Assembly (NCBI GenBank): GCA_031416175.1
Contig: JANOTC010000277.1
Location: forward strand, 1-37,962
From: Gammaproteobacteria bacterium
GTDB lineage: Bacteria > Pseudomonadota > Gammaproteobacteria > S012-40
Direction of reading: 5' to 3'
Length of the DNA stretch: 37,962 bases
Shown here: positions 1 to 8,237 of the stretch, piece by piece
Layout of the letters: each line of letters starts with the position of its first letter
How positions within the stretch are numbered: position 1 is the first letter of the stretch
Notes under the pieces: generated by a model
What the model saw: only the letters and a program-made list of their open reading frames with translations
What the model was told of the DNA's origin: nothing
Databases searched by the model: none
Made by a program: the position numbers and the translations under genes

Positions 1-1032
1 GGCACTTGCCCGATCTGCGGGATGGAATTGGTGCCGATTGAGTCCAATGGCGATTCCGAAATTGTACAACTGGCGCCGACAGTCATCAACGCCTTGGGTG
101 TTCGCGTCGAGAAAGTTAAACGACGCACTTTGTTCCGTCGCATTGAAAGCGTGGGCTATATCTCAATTGATGAAAAATCGATCCGTAACGTCGGTTTGCG
201 CAGCGAAGGCTGGATCGAAAAGCTAGCCGTAAAGTCTGTAGGTGAACGGGTAAAGAAAGGCGATTTGTTATTTCAAGTTTATTCACCCCAGCTAGTCAAC
301 GCGCAAGAAGAGTATGTGCATGCCTTGAAAATGGATAAGGGCGACGGCAATACCATCGCCGCCGCGTGGGACAGAGTGCTTTCTATGGGCATGTCGGAAC
401 AGCAATTAGGCACGCTTCATGAAACGCAGTCGGTTGAACAGCTCGTGGACGTTTACGCACCACAAGATGGCGTGGTGACGGAGCTTAATCTACGCGAAGG
501 GGCCTTTTTGCCGCCTTCGACGTCGGTGATCGGGCTGGCCGACCTCTCGTCTGTTTGGCTAATCGCCGATGTGTTCGAAAATCAGGCGAGTAGGCTCAAG
601 CAAGGGATGTCGGCGGAGGCAAGGCTTTCGTTTATGCCCAACAAGGTTTGGGAAGGCTTGGTGGAATACGTCTATCCCACGATTGACCCGAATACGCGCA
701 GTTTAAAAGTGCGCTTGCGTTTCGATAACCCAGACGATGTGTTCAAGCCGAATATGTACGCCAACGTCACCATTTTCGCTAGCCCAAAACAGGCGGCCTT
801 AAGCGTGCCGCGCGAGGCCGTTATTCGTTCGAGCGGCAATGAACGCGTAATCTTGGCGATGGGCGAGGGGCGCTTTAAGCCAGTGGTGGTGCACACCGGA
901 TCGGAAACCGGCGACCGAATTGAAATAACGGGCGGTCTTGAAGAGGGGCAAGACGTGGTCATTTCGAGTCAGTTCCTCATTGATTCTGAGAGTAATATGC
1001 GGGCCGCCTTATTTCGAATGACGGGAGGTTAG
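1..1032 (+). CDS. cusB: Heavy-metal (Cu/Ag) efflux RND periplasmic adaptor, CusB-like; 5'-truncated by the window edge
   Basis: Frame 1 is open from nt 1 (GTCPICGMELVP...), so the listed ORF 22..1032 is the tail of a longer CDS. The CPxCGM motif is typical of the N-terminal metal-binding module of CusB-type adaptors. The rest looks like a membrane-fusion (HlyD-like) protein. It lies directly upstream of cusA. Confidence 0.8.
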   Translation, partial: GTCPICGMELVPIESNGDSEIVQLAPTVINALGVRVEKVKRRTLFRRIESVGYISIDEKSIRNVGLRSEGWIEKLAVKSVGERVKKGDLLFQVYSPQLVNAQEEYVHALKMDKGDGNTIAAAWDRVLSMGMSEQQLGTLHETQSVEQLVDVYAPQDGVVTELNLREGAFLPPSTSVIGLADLSSVWLIADVFENQASRLKQGMSAEARLSFMPNKVWEGLVEYVYPTIDPNTRSLKVRLRFDNPDDVFKPNMYANVTIFASPKQAALSVPREAVIRSSGNERVILAMGEGRFKPVVVHTGSETGDRIEITGGLEEGQDVVISSQFLIDSESNMRAALFRMTGG

Positions 1033-1181
1033 CAAGCGCGTCGGCAAGTCTAAGGGTTCGGGGTCGCACGTCGCCTTGAGCTTTTTGCTCCAAAAATGGA
1101 CCAGCAAGCGGTGCCTGGTTCCTAATGAAAACAAAAAACGAACCGATTTAGTGCGTCGGGGTCGGGGTTGGAGCAGTGGGT

Positions 1182-4100
1182 ATGATACAAAAAGTCATCA
1201 TTTGGTCCTTACATAATAGGCCATTAGTATTGTTATTGACCTTGGTTTTCGCCGGGTGGGGCGTTTTCGCCGTCAAGAACACGCCTTTGGACGCCATTCC
1301 CGATCTCACCGATGTGCAAGTCATCATCAAAACCAGCTATCCGGGCCAAGCGCCTGAAGTAGTTGAAGATCAAGTCACCTATCCCATCACCACCGCCATG
1401 CTTTCCGTACCCGGTTCCACCGTGGTGCGCGGTTACTCGTTTTTTGGCGATTCCTATGTTTACGTTATTTTTCGGGATGGCGTTGATATTTATTGGGCGC
1501 GCTCGCGGGTGTTGGAATACCTGAACCAGGTCACCAGCCGTCTACCCGCGGGTGCGCGTCCGCAGTTAGGCCCAGATGCGACGGGCGTGGGTTGGATTTA
1601 TGAGTACGCTTTAGTGGATCGCACCGGTCAGCACGATTTGGCGCAGTTGACCAGTATCCAGAATTGGTTCTTGAAATTCGAACTGCAAACCCTTGATGGC
1701 GTTTCCGAAGTCGCGACCGTCGGCGGCATGGTCAAGCAATACCAAGTCGTGGTGGACCCAGACCGGTTGCGTGCCTATAACCTTTCCATCGACGCGGTCA
1801 GCCGGGCTATAAAAGGCGCCAATCAAGAAGTCGGTGGCTCAGCAATCGAAATGGCCGAAGCGGAGTACATGGTTCGCGCCAAAGGTTATATTCAGAGCAT
1901 TGATGACATTAAACAAATCCCACTCGGCATCAACAAGGCCGGTACGCCGGTGTTATTGGGCGACGTCGCCATGATTCGCCTGGGGCCGCAAATGCGGCGT
2001 GGCGTTGCGGAGCTAGACGGCCAAGGCGAAGTGGTGGGCGGAATTGTTGTTATGCGTTTTGGTGAAAATGCCTTGCGCACCATTGAGTCGGTTAAAGAGA
2101 AATTAGCGGAATTGAAAAAGAGCTTGCCCGAGGGCGTAGAAATTGTCGAAACCTATGATCGTTCTGGTCTGATTACGCGCGCAGTCGCCACGCTCAAGGA
2201 TAAATTGCTGGAAGAATTTATCGTAGTGGCGATTGTGTGTGGCTTGTTTTTGTTTCATTTTCGCTCGGCACTCGTCGCCATCGTAGTTTTGCCGCTAGGA
2301 ATTTTGGTTGCCTATGTGGTGATGTATTACCAGGGTATCAACGCCAATATCATGTCTTTAGGCGGAATTGCCATCGCCATCGGTGCGATGGTGGATGCCG
2401 CGATTGTGATGGTGGAAAACACGCATAAGCATCTGGAAAAATTGGGCGATCAGGTCATCGACTATTGGGCCGTGGTGCAGAAATCAGCGTTAGAGGTCGG
2501 CCCCGCTCTATTTTTCTCATTGCTGATTATCACCTTGAGTTTCTTACCTGTGTTTACGCTACAAGCGCAAGAAGGAAAGTTGTTCGCACCGTTGGTCTAC
2601 ACCAAAACCTACGCGATGGCGGCGGCGGCAGGACTGTCTGTAACGCTCATGCCGGTGTTAATGGGCTATTTAATTCGAGGAAAAATTCCAGCCGAGCATA
2701 AAAACCCGATTAATCGGGTGTTGGTGGCCATTTATTTGCCTATTATTCGCTGGGTGCTGCAATACCCAAAAATGGTGATCGTGTTGTCGTTGCTCTGTGT
2801 TCTGAGCATTGCTTTTCCACTGACACAACTCGGCTCGGAATTTATGCCCGAGCTCGACGAAGGTGATTTGTTGTATATGCCAACGACGTTTGAAGGCATT
2901 TCAATTGGCAAGGCCAGCGAATTGCTGCAAATTACGGATCGCCTCATAAAGACGGTTCCTGAAGTCCGTACAGTTTTCGGCAAGGTGGGTCGCGCGGAAA
3001 GCGCAACGGACCCCGCGCCATTGAGCATGATAGAAACGACCATTCAACTAAAGCCAAAGTCTGAGTGGCGTGAAGGGGTGACCATCGACTCGCTACGCAA
3101 GGAGCTTGACGACTTGGTCAAATTTCCGGGGGTGACCAACGCGTGGGTCATGCCGATTAAAACCCGTATTGACATGATTTCGACCGGGATCAAAACGCCG
3201 TTAGGAATTAAAATCGCTGGTGCAGATTTAGCGACCATTCAGAAAATTGGCGAAGACGTGGAGCAAATTGTTAAGAAAATTCCGGGTGCCGCCTCCGTTT
3301 TTTCAGAGCGCGTTGCCGGCGGACGCTACATCAATATCAAGATCGACCGTCGCTCAGCGGCGCGCTACGGCTTAAACATCGTTGATGTACAAGAAGTGAT
3401 CGGAAAAGCCGTGGGTGGCGAAAATGTGTCGGAGACGGTGGAAGGGTTGGAACGCTATCCCATCAATATCCGTTACCCGGCGGATTCACGTGATTCCGTG
3501 GAAAAACTTTTGGCGCTGCCCATCGTTTCGCCGACGGGCGTGCAGGTTCCGTTGGGCGAGTTAGCGGAAGTTGAAATAGCGGACGGCCCTGGCATGGTGC
3601 GGAGTGAAAACGCGCGCCGTAACGCGTGGGTGTACGTCGACATTCGTGGGCGCGATCTGGGTGGTTTTGTCGCCGAGGCGCAGCGGTTAGTTGGCGAAAA
3701 AGTACATTTGCCGGTCGGTTACTCCATCGGCTGGTCGGGGCAATTCGAATACTTGTTGCGTGCTAAAGATCGCTTATCGTTGGTCATTCCGATTACATTG
3801 GTTGCGATTTTGTTGCTGCTATATTTAAATTTTAGAAGCTTTGTAGAGTCACTTATTGTTATGGGGGCGGTACCCTTGGCGTTGGTGGGTGCACTTTGGT
3901 TCATTTATATTCTCGGTTATCATCTTTCCGTTGCTGTCGGCGTCGGTATGATCGCCTTGGCGGGCGTGGCGGCGGAGTTTGGTGTAGTCATGTTGGTTTA
4001 CTTAAAGCATGCGGTCGATGAATACCAGCCGAAGGATATGGCGACATTGCATCGTGCGATTATCTATGGCGCCGTTATGCGGGTGCGCCCCAAAGCGATG

Positions 4101-4376
4101 ACGGCGGCGGTGGTGCTAGCCGGTTTGTTGCCTATCATGCTGATTGAGGGTACCGGCTCGGAAGTCATGCGCAGAATTGCTGCACCGATGTTAGGCGGCA
4201 TGATAACGGCGCCGTTGGTGTCGATGGTGCTTATCCCGGCGCTGTTTGTCTTGTGGAAAGGCAAGTCCTTTGGCTCTGATGGATCAGCGCCTTCCTCAAA
4301 GGGTGGCGTTTGGCAGGTCTTGGGAAAGCTCGATCCGAGGCAAAATAGTTCTTGGGCCGACATAAGTAAGAAATAG
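1182..4376 (+). CDS. cusA: Cu(I)/Ag(I) efflux RND inner-membrane pump CusA (1064 aa)
   Basis: ATG 1182 is preceded by GGAG (1170-1173) with an 8-nt spacer; the ORF-track GTG 1176 is 2 codons upstream. It is near-colinear by eye with E. coli CusA (DAIPDLTDVQVIIKTSYPGQAPEVVEDQVTYP, GPDATGVGWIYEYALVD, SLGGIAIAIGAMVDAAIVMVEN). The three Met of the CusA metal site sit in conserved contexts: EGDLLYMPTT, APLSMIETT, RIDMISTG. It has a ~35-aa C-terminal extension relative to E. coli. Confidence 0.93.
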   Translation: MIQKVIIWSLHNRPLVLLLTLVFAGWGVFAVKNTPLDAIPDLTDVQVIIKTSYPGQAPEVVEDQVTYPITTAMLSVPGSTVVRGYSFFGDSYVYVIFRDGVDIYWARSRVLEYLNQVTSRLPAGARPQLGPDATGVGWIYEYALVDRTGQHDLAQLTSIQNWFLKFELQTLDGVSEVATVGGMVKQYQVVVDPDRLRAYNLSIDAVSRAIKGANQEVGGSAIEMAEAEYMVRAKGYIQSIDDIKQIPLGINKAGTPVLLGDVAMIRLGPQMRRGVAELDGQGEVVGGIVVMRFGENALRTIESVKEKLAELKKSLPEGVEIVETYDRSGLITRAVATLKDKLLEEFIVVAIVCGLFLFHFRSALVAIVVLPLGILVAYVVMYYQGINANIMSLGGIAIAIGAMVDAAIVMVENTHKHLEKLGDQVIDYWAVVQKSALEVGPALFFSLLIITLSFLPVFTLQAQEGKLFAPLVYTKTYAMAAAAGLSVTLMPVLMGYLIRGKIPAEHKNPINRVLVAIYLPIIRWVLQYPKMVIVLSLLCVLSIAFPLTQLGSEFMPELDEGDLLYMPTTFEGISIGKASELLQITDRLIKTVPEVRTVFGKVGRAESATDPAPLSMIETTIQLKPKSEWREGVTIDSLRKELDDLVKFPGVTNAWVMPIKTRIDMISTGIKTPLGIKIAGADLATIQKIGEDVEQIVKKIPGAASVFSERVAGGRYINIKIDRRSAARYGLNIVDVQEVIGKAVGGENVSETVEGLERYPINIRYPADSRDSVEKLLALPIVSPTGVQVPLGELAEVEIADGPGMVRSENARRNAWVYVDIRGRDLGGFVAEAQRLVGEKVHLPVGYSIGWSGQFEYLLRAKDRLSLVIPITLVAILLLLYLNFRSFVESLIVMGAVPLALVGALWFIYILGYHLSVAVGVGMIALAGVAAEFGVVMLVYLKHAVDEYQPKDMATLHRAIIYGAVMRVRPKAMTAAVVLAGLLPIMLIEGTGSEVMRRIAAPMLGGMITAPLVSMVLIPALFVLWKGKSFGSDGSAPSSKGGVWQVLGKLDPRQNSSWADISKK

Positions 4377-4553
4377 CCTCACGTTTTAACGTCACGCACA
4401 CGTTTTTATTGGTTGTAAGGGCAATATAGGAGTGGGTTATTTCGCACGTATACAACATTTTCTTGTCTGAATGATTAGTTCGTTCAATCAATCGTCGCCG
4501 AGCAGTCGGCTCAGTCGAACTCTACCTTTACGGATATTGTTTTCCCACGTGTT

Positions 4554-4597
4554 GCCGAGTATTGAAACAAGGAGTTTCGTGCTCGGCTTTTTTATTT
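4554..4597 (+). terminator. Rho-independent terminator candidate, ~180 nt downstream of the cusA stop
   Basis: Stem gccgag (4554-4559) pairs with ctcggc (4582-4587). An inner helix gaaac (4564-4568) pairs with gtttc (4574-4578) around a 5-nt loop. It is followed by TTTTTTATTT (4588-4597). Confidence 0.55.
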
Positions 4598-4648
4598 GGG
4601 TAAAATGGCAGGGAAGGAGAGCGGTTATTCTGCGGAGCAAAGAAACAC

Positions 4649-5278
4649 ATGTTTGAGATAATTCCAAACTGGCATCCGGTGTTTGTCCACTATGCGCTGG
4701 CCCTGCCGACCGTTTCTGCTGTGGCCTACGTGGTAGGCATGCGCGCAAAAACCTATTCGATCAAATACCACGCCGGATGGTTAGCCCGTTGGTCGCTCTG
4801 GGTGGGCGCTGGTTTTGTCGGCCTGGCTGTCCTGGCGGGGCTGTACGCTTATTTTACAGTCAATCACGACGGTCCATCGCATATCGCCATGAATGAACAT
4901 CGTAATTGGGCTTTGTTCACCGCGCCTTGGGTGATGGGCCTGGCCGGATGGGCCTATTGGATGTTTCGTAATGACAAAGAGGAGCCGCGCCATTTTGTTC
5001 TAGCCGTTGTGGCGGGGGCTTTGCTCCTAACCATTACGGCGTGGCATGGTGCGGAGCTGGTTTATCGATACGGATTGGGCGTGATTTCTTTGCCTGTACC
5101 GGAAGAGGTAGGCCATGATCATGGCGATGCTGCGCCGCACGAGCATAGTAGCAATGTGGTCGCGCCGACCTTGCCTGCGGCGCCGCCATCGCGCGGTGAC
5201 GCGGGCGCTGCGCCTGCTGATCCGGCTTCTAACGATGCGCATAGTCATGCGGAGCCGCATGAGCATCCGACACCTTAA
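4649..5278 (+). CDS. DUF2231-like integral membrane protein with His-rich C-terminal tail (209 aa)
   Basis: The N-terminal WHPVFVHYALALP resembles the HPxxVHFPIA signature of DUF2231 proteins, and there are ~4 hydrophobic helices. The tail (aa 151-209) carries four HxH dyads (HDH, HEH, HSH, HEH) in Pro/Ala-rich sequence. GGAG lies 11 nt upstream of the ATG. Confidence 0.7.
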   Translation: MFEIIPNWHPVFVHYALALPTVSAVAYVVGMRAKTYSIKYHAGWLARWSLWVGAGFVGLAVLAGLYAYFTVNHDGPSHIAMNEHRNWALFTAPWVMGLAGWAYWMFRNDKEEPRHFVLAVVAGALLLTITAWHGAELVYRYGLGVISLPVPEEVGHDHGDAAPHEHSSNVVAPTLPAAPPSRGDAGAAPADPASNDAHSHAEPHEHPTP

Positions 5279-5324
5279 TGGGTTGGCGCCCTATTTAAGG
5301 TGCAATAGATGTTGCCGTTCAACG

Positions 5325-8237
5325 TCATAATTGAAACGTCAGCCGCCCGTACGATTGCGTTTCTCCATACGTGTCCAAGCCCTTAGCGATGCCAAGGGTC
5401 GCTTCAATTTGAAACCGATATCCTAACGTAAATTCTGCCGCTACTTCGGCACCGACGGATCGGTACCAAGTATCTTTCCCACCCGGATTTTGCGAAGACC
5501 AAATGCGCGCGGCTTCCGTGAATACATTGCCCTTAGCACGTGTGACGCCAAGCGGTGGCGACATGGTGCCAGTTTCAAACCACCCCAGCGGGAAATGCCA
5601 ATCCGCGCTGCCGAACTGAAGTGTGTTTCCCCTTAAAGCCGCCAGTCCCGATGGATAACCATGTAAGTCAAAACTGCGCTTGTTCGCCAAGGTTGCGCTA
5701 CCGTTGCCTATCGGGTCAAATATTTGCCCGCTATCAAAGCCAAGGCGATACGGCTTCGCAGTTTCGCTTTCTATCGCGCCCAATCCACGTAATTCAACGA
5801 CGCTTCGCCAAAAGAGGGGTGTGAAATAGCCGATGGTTGCGGCGAGCGCATTTCCGGGATTTTCGCTTTCTCCGATGTTTGAGTCGAAACTTCCCTGAGC
5901 TTGAAATCCGGCTTGTCGATAAACAGCTTTGGGTAATTTACGCGCTGAATTGTATTTGGCGCCGACAAACCATTGCCCGTCGCGACCGTCCGCTGCTGCG
6001 GGACCCAAAGAATCGCGATATGATTGATGATAATAGTTATACGATGCGCCAAAATAAATTTCCTTTTGCTGTGTAACCGACACGAAAGGCAATTGAACGA
6101 CCGCTGTCAAACTGTCGTGCGTCTCGATTTCTGCAGTGATATTCGAATCTTTAAAAAGTCCAATACTGTTGCTGCGGTTTAGAAAAAGGGAAAGTGTCGG
6201 AAACCAACGATCGTAACTGTAATTGATGTCCCATGTTGTATTGCCATGCTCGGACTCGACGCTGAGCGCAACGGCATAGGTATGCCAGCTGAGCGGGTCG
6301 TGGCCGGAGGTTATTAGCGCTAGAGTCGTGCTATCGGGGCCGAAACCGATTCCTGGCAGCCACCACGTGGGTCGTAATCGCGATAGTCCGCTATAAGGTC
6401 GCGCGGAGGATACATCATTGCGCGTTGGATAGGCGGGCGCGGTAATGGCCGAGGACGCTTGCGCCGCGTCAACTGTGAGGTCGGGCTTCACTGCGACGCT
6501 TTCCGGCGCGCGCATCGTTAAGCGATATAAATCGAAACCTTTCGCATTGAGACTCGAGTAGAATAATGTACGTTTATCCGCTGAAAGGCTAGGATAGAAC
6601 GCGCCGCCTATTTCATGGGTAATTTGCTGTGTGGACCCGCTGGCCAAGTCAAATTGGTAGGCATTGTAGGTGCCATTTTCATCGTCGATGTAAATAATCG
6701 ACGTGCCATCGGCCGAAAACTGTGGCTGCGCTTTGATGCTTGAACCGTGAGTCAACGCGTGCCATTGTTTTTTCTTCAAATCGAACAGTTCGAGATTCCA
6801 TTGATCAAGGCGACGTACCGACGCAACGAATGTTAGTCCATCAGGCGCCCAATCAATGCTGCTAATTAAAACGTTTTCATCTTGCCACACTACCTCTTTG
6901 ATCTGTCCATTGGCATCTAATAGCTCTAATTGATGCTTTCCTGCGCTCAATTTAATTGCTGCAATTTGGCTCCCATCTGGACTCCATGCCGCGTAACTGT
7001 ATCTCCCCGCCGTGGTTAGGCGGCGTGATGTGCCAGTCGCTGGATCAATCTGAAACAAGTCGAAATAAAAATTGGTATTGGAACTGACTTCCCCTTGCAC
7101 AACTAAAAGACCCGCGCTAGGGTGCCAGTCAAACTGCCCGGCTGCACTCACATTGCTCACAACGTCGTGACGATTGTGTTGACTGTCAAAACGCATCAGC
7201 GCACTGAGTTGTTCACCGTCAGCACGAAGATAGTAAATACTGCCGTCTGCCGCGACACGGGAACGCCCCGTGTGGAGGCCAAGGTCGGTCAGTGCTGTGC
7301 CGGTAGCGTGTGTCGTCTGCTTCGCACGTTCTATCTCCGCGTCAAATTGTTGGTGCAAATAGGTTTCAAATTCGCGCCATAAGGTATAAAAGTCGCGTTG
7401 GCCGAAGGTGCGCATGGCGGTGGAATTCAGCATGAACGGCATGAGATTACTACTGTAATTCTCGACAAAATTTTGGATATAGGCATCGCCATAGCGGTCA
7501 TGCAAGAAGTTGAAAAAATAAACGCCATATACGTAGCGTGCTGTTCCACCCGGCCAAGTTACTAATGGCTGATTTAAAGCGTCTAGTGATTTAAAGCCGT
7601 TAATCAATTCATTGCGCATTAGCATGCGAAAGTAGGTGGATTGACCGCGGCCAACTCCGCGTTCTTGATCGGTCTCCATATAGGTTGCTAGACCTTCGAC
7701 AATCCAGGTCGGTTCGAAATGATTGGGAAAAAGAAGGGGTAAAAAAGGGAAAAATCTGCCAACAAAATGCCGTAGGCGTTCTGGCGGGCCAACTGCTTTG
7801 TCTAAATGCAATATATGCACATATTCGTGTTGAAACACGCGGGCTAAGGAATCGTCGTTGTCTTCGAGTCCATCAACATCGGACGATGGTGCAACGTGAA
7901 CCAAAATTTGATTAAAGGGCAAAGACGACGCGGAGCCGTTTACATAGTCCCACTGGTCGGCGACGATGACTTGAGTTTTTTCGCGCGGCACCCATTTGAA
8001 ATACAAGCTGAGCCGATCATGGATTGGCTCAGCTTGTTGCGCGAGTTTGTTAGCCACGGCTTCCAAACCCACCGAATAGTGAAATTCAAAGTGAGGGGTT
8101 TCAATGGTTTGCCAGCTGGCGGCGGAATCAAACTCGCGTGCTGCTTGGGCTGGCCAAGGTGCTGTTCCAAACAGAAAAAACCCGAGCGCCATAACGACGC
8201 GGGGCGCACTCTGGCGTCGCTTGAACATATTAAACAT
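5325..8237 (-). CDS. Secreted multidomain protein: peptidase-MA/gluzincin-like domain + PD40 (TolB-like) beta-propeller repeats + Omp85-like C-terminal beta-barrel (970 aa)
   Basis: The start is taken at ATG 8237 (MFNMFKRRQSAPRVVMALGFFLFGTAPWPAQA|A is a signal peptide), not at the ORF-track 8363, which overlaps argA. HEYVH is at 7815-7829 and WIVEGLATY lies ~40 aa later (gluzincin third ligand). PD40-like repeats are AAWSPDGSQIAA (6957-6992), IDWAPDGLTFVA (6822-6857), PQFSADGTSIIY (6690-6725) and YPSLSADKRTLFY (6558-6596). The C-terminal ~350 aa has alternating beta-strand character and an ALRGNTLQFGSADWHFPL motif (5586-5639) reminiscent of the Omp85 RG[YF] loop. Confidence 0.8.
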   Translation of the reverse strand: MFNMFKRRQSAPRVVMALGFFLFGTAPWPAQAAREFDSAASWQTIETPHFEFHYSVGLEAVANKLAQQAEPIHDRLSLYFKWVPREKTQVIVADQWDYVNGSASSLPFNQILVHVAPSSDVDGLEDNDDSLARVFQHEYVHILHLDKAVGPPERLRHFVGRFFPFLPLLFPNHFEPTWIVEGLATYMETDQERGVGRGQSTYFRMLMRNELINGFKSLDALNQPLVTWPGGTARYVYGVYFFNFLHDRYGDAYIQNFVENYSSNLMPFMLNSTAMRTFGQRDFYTLWREFETYLHQQFDAEIERAKQTTHATGTALTDLGLHTGRSRVAADGSIYYLRADGEQLSALMRFDSQHNRHDVVSNVSAAGQFDWHPSAGLLVVQGEVSSNTNFYFDLFQIDPATGTSRRLTTAGRYSYAAWSPDGSQIAAIKLSAGKHQLELLDANGQIKEVVWQDENVLISSIDWAPDGLTFVASVRRLDQWNLELFDLKKKQWHALTHGSSIKAQPQFSADGTSIIYIDDENGTYNAYQFDLASGSTQQITHEIGGAFYPSLSADKRTLFYSSLNAKGFDLYRLTMRAPESVAVKPDLTVDAAQASSAITAPAYPTRNDVSSARPYSGLSRLRPTWWLPGIGFGPDSTTLALITSGHDPLSWHTYAVALSVESEHGNTTWDINYSYDRWFPTLSLFLNRSNSIGLFKDSNITAEIETHDSLTAVVQLPFVSVTQQKEIYFGASYNYYHQSYRDSLGPAAADGRDGQWFVGAKYNSARKLPKAVYRQAGFQAQGSFDSNIGESENPGNALAATIGYFTPLFWRSVVELRGLGAIESETAKPYRLGFDSGQIFDPIGNGSATLANKRSFDLHGYPSGLAALRGNTLQFGSADWHFPLGWFETGTMSPPLGVTRAKGNVFTEAARIWSSQNPGGKDTWYRSVGAEVAAEFTLGYRFQIEATLGIAKGLDTYGETQSYGRLTFQL

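Noticed and set aside
1033-1181. Unusually long (149-nt) cusB-cusA spacer with G-runs (GGGGTCGGGGTTGGAGCAGTGGG, 1159-1180) as a possible G-quadruplex, and a 9-codon mini-ORF at ~1096
   Set aside because: One of the four G-runs has only two Gs, and the tract overlaps the cusA Shine-Dalgarno, which explains its purine richness. The mini-ORF has no SD. There is no strong hairpin or promoter signal, so nothing can be supported.
4471-4656. 61-aa ORF in the cusA-DUF2231 spacer
   Set aside because: It spans the terminator hairpin and runs into the next gene's start. It has no SD and a Ser/Arg/Leu-rich composition with no signal peptide or metal motif, so it is not a CusF-like protein.
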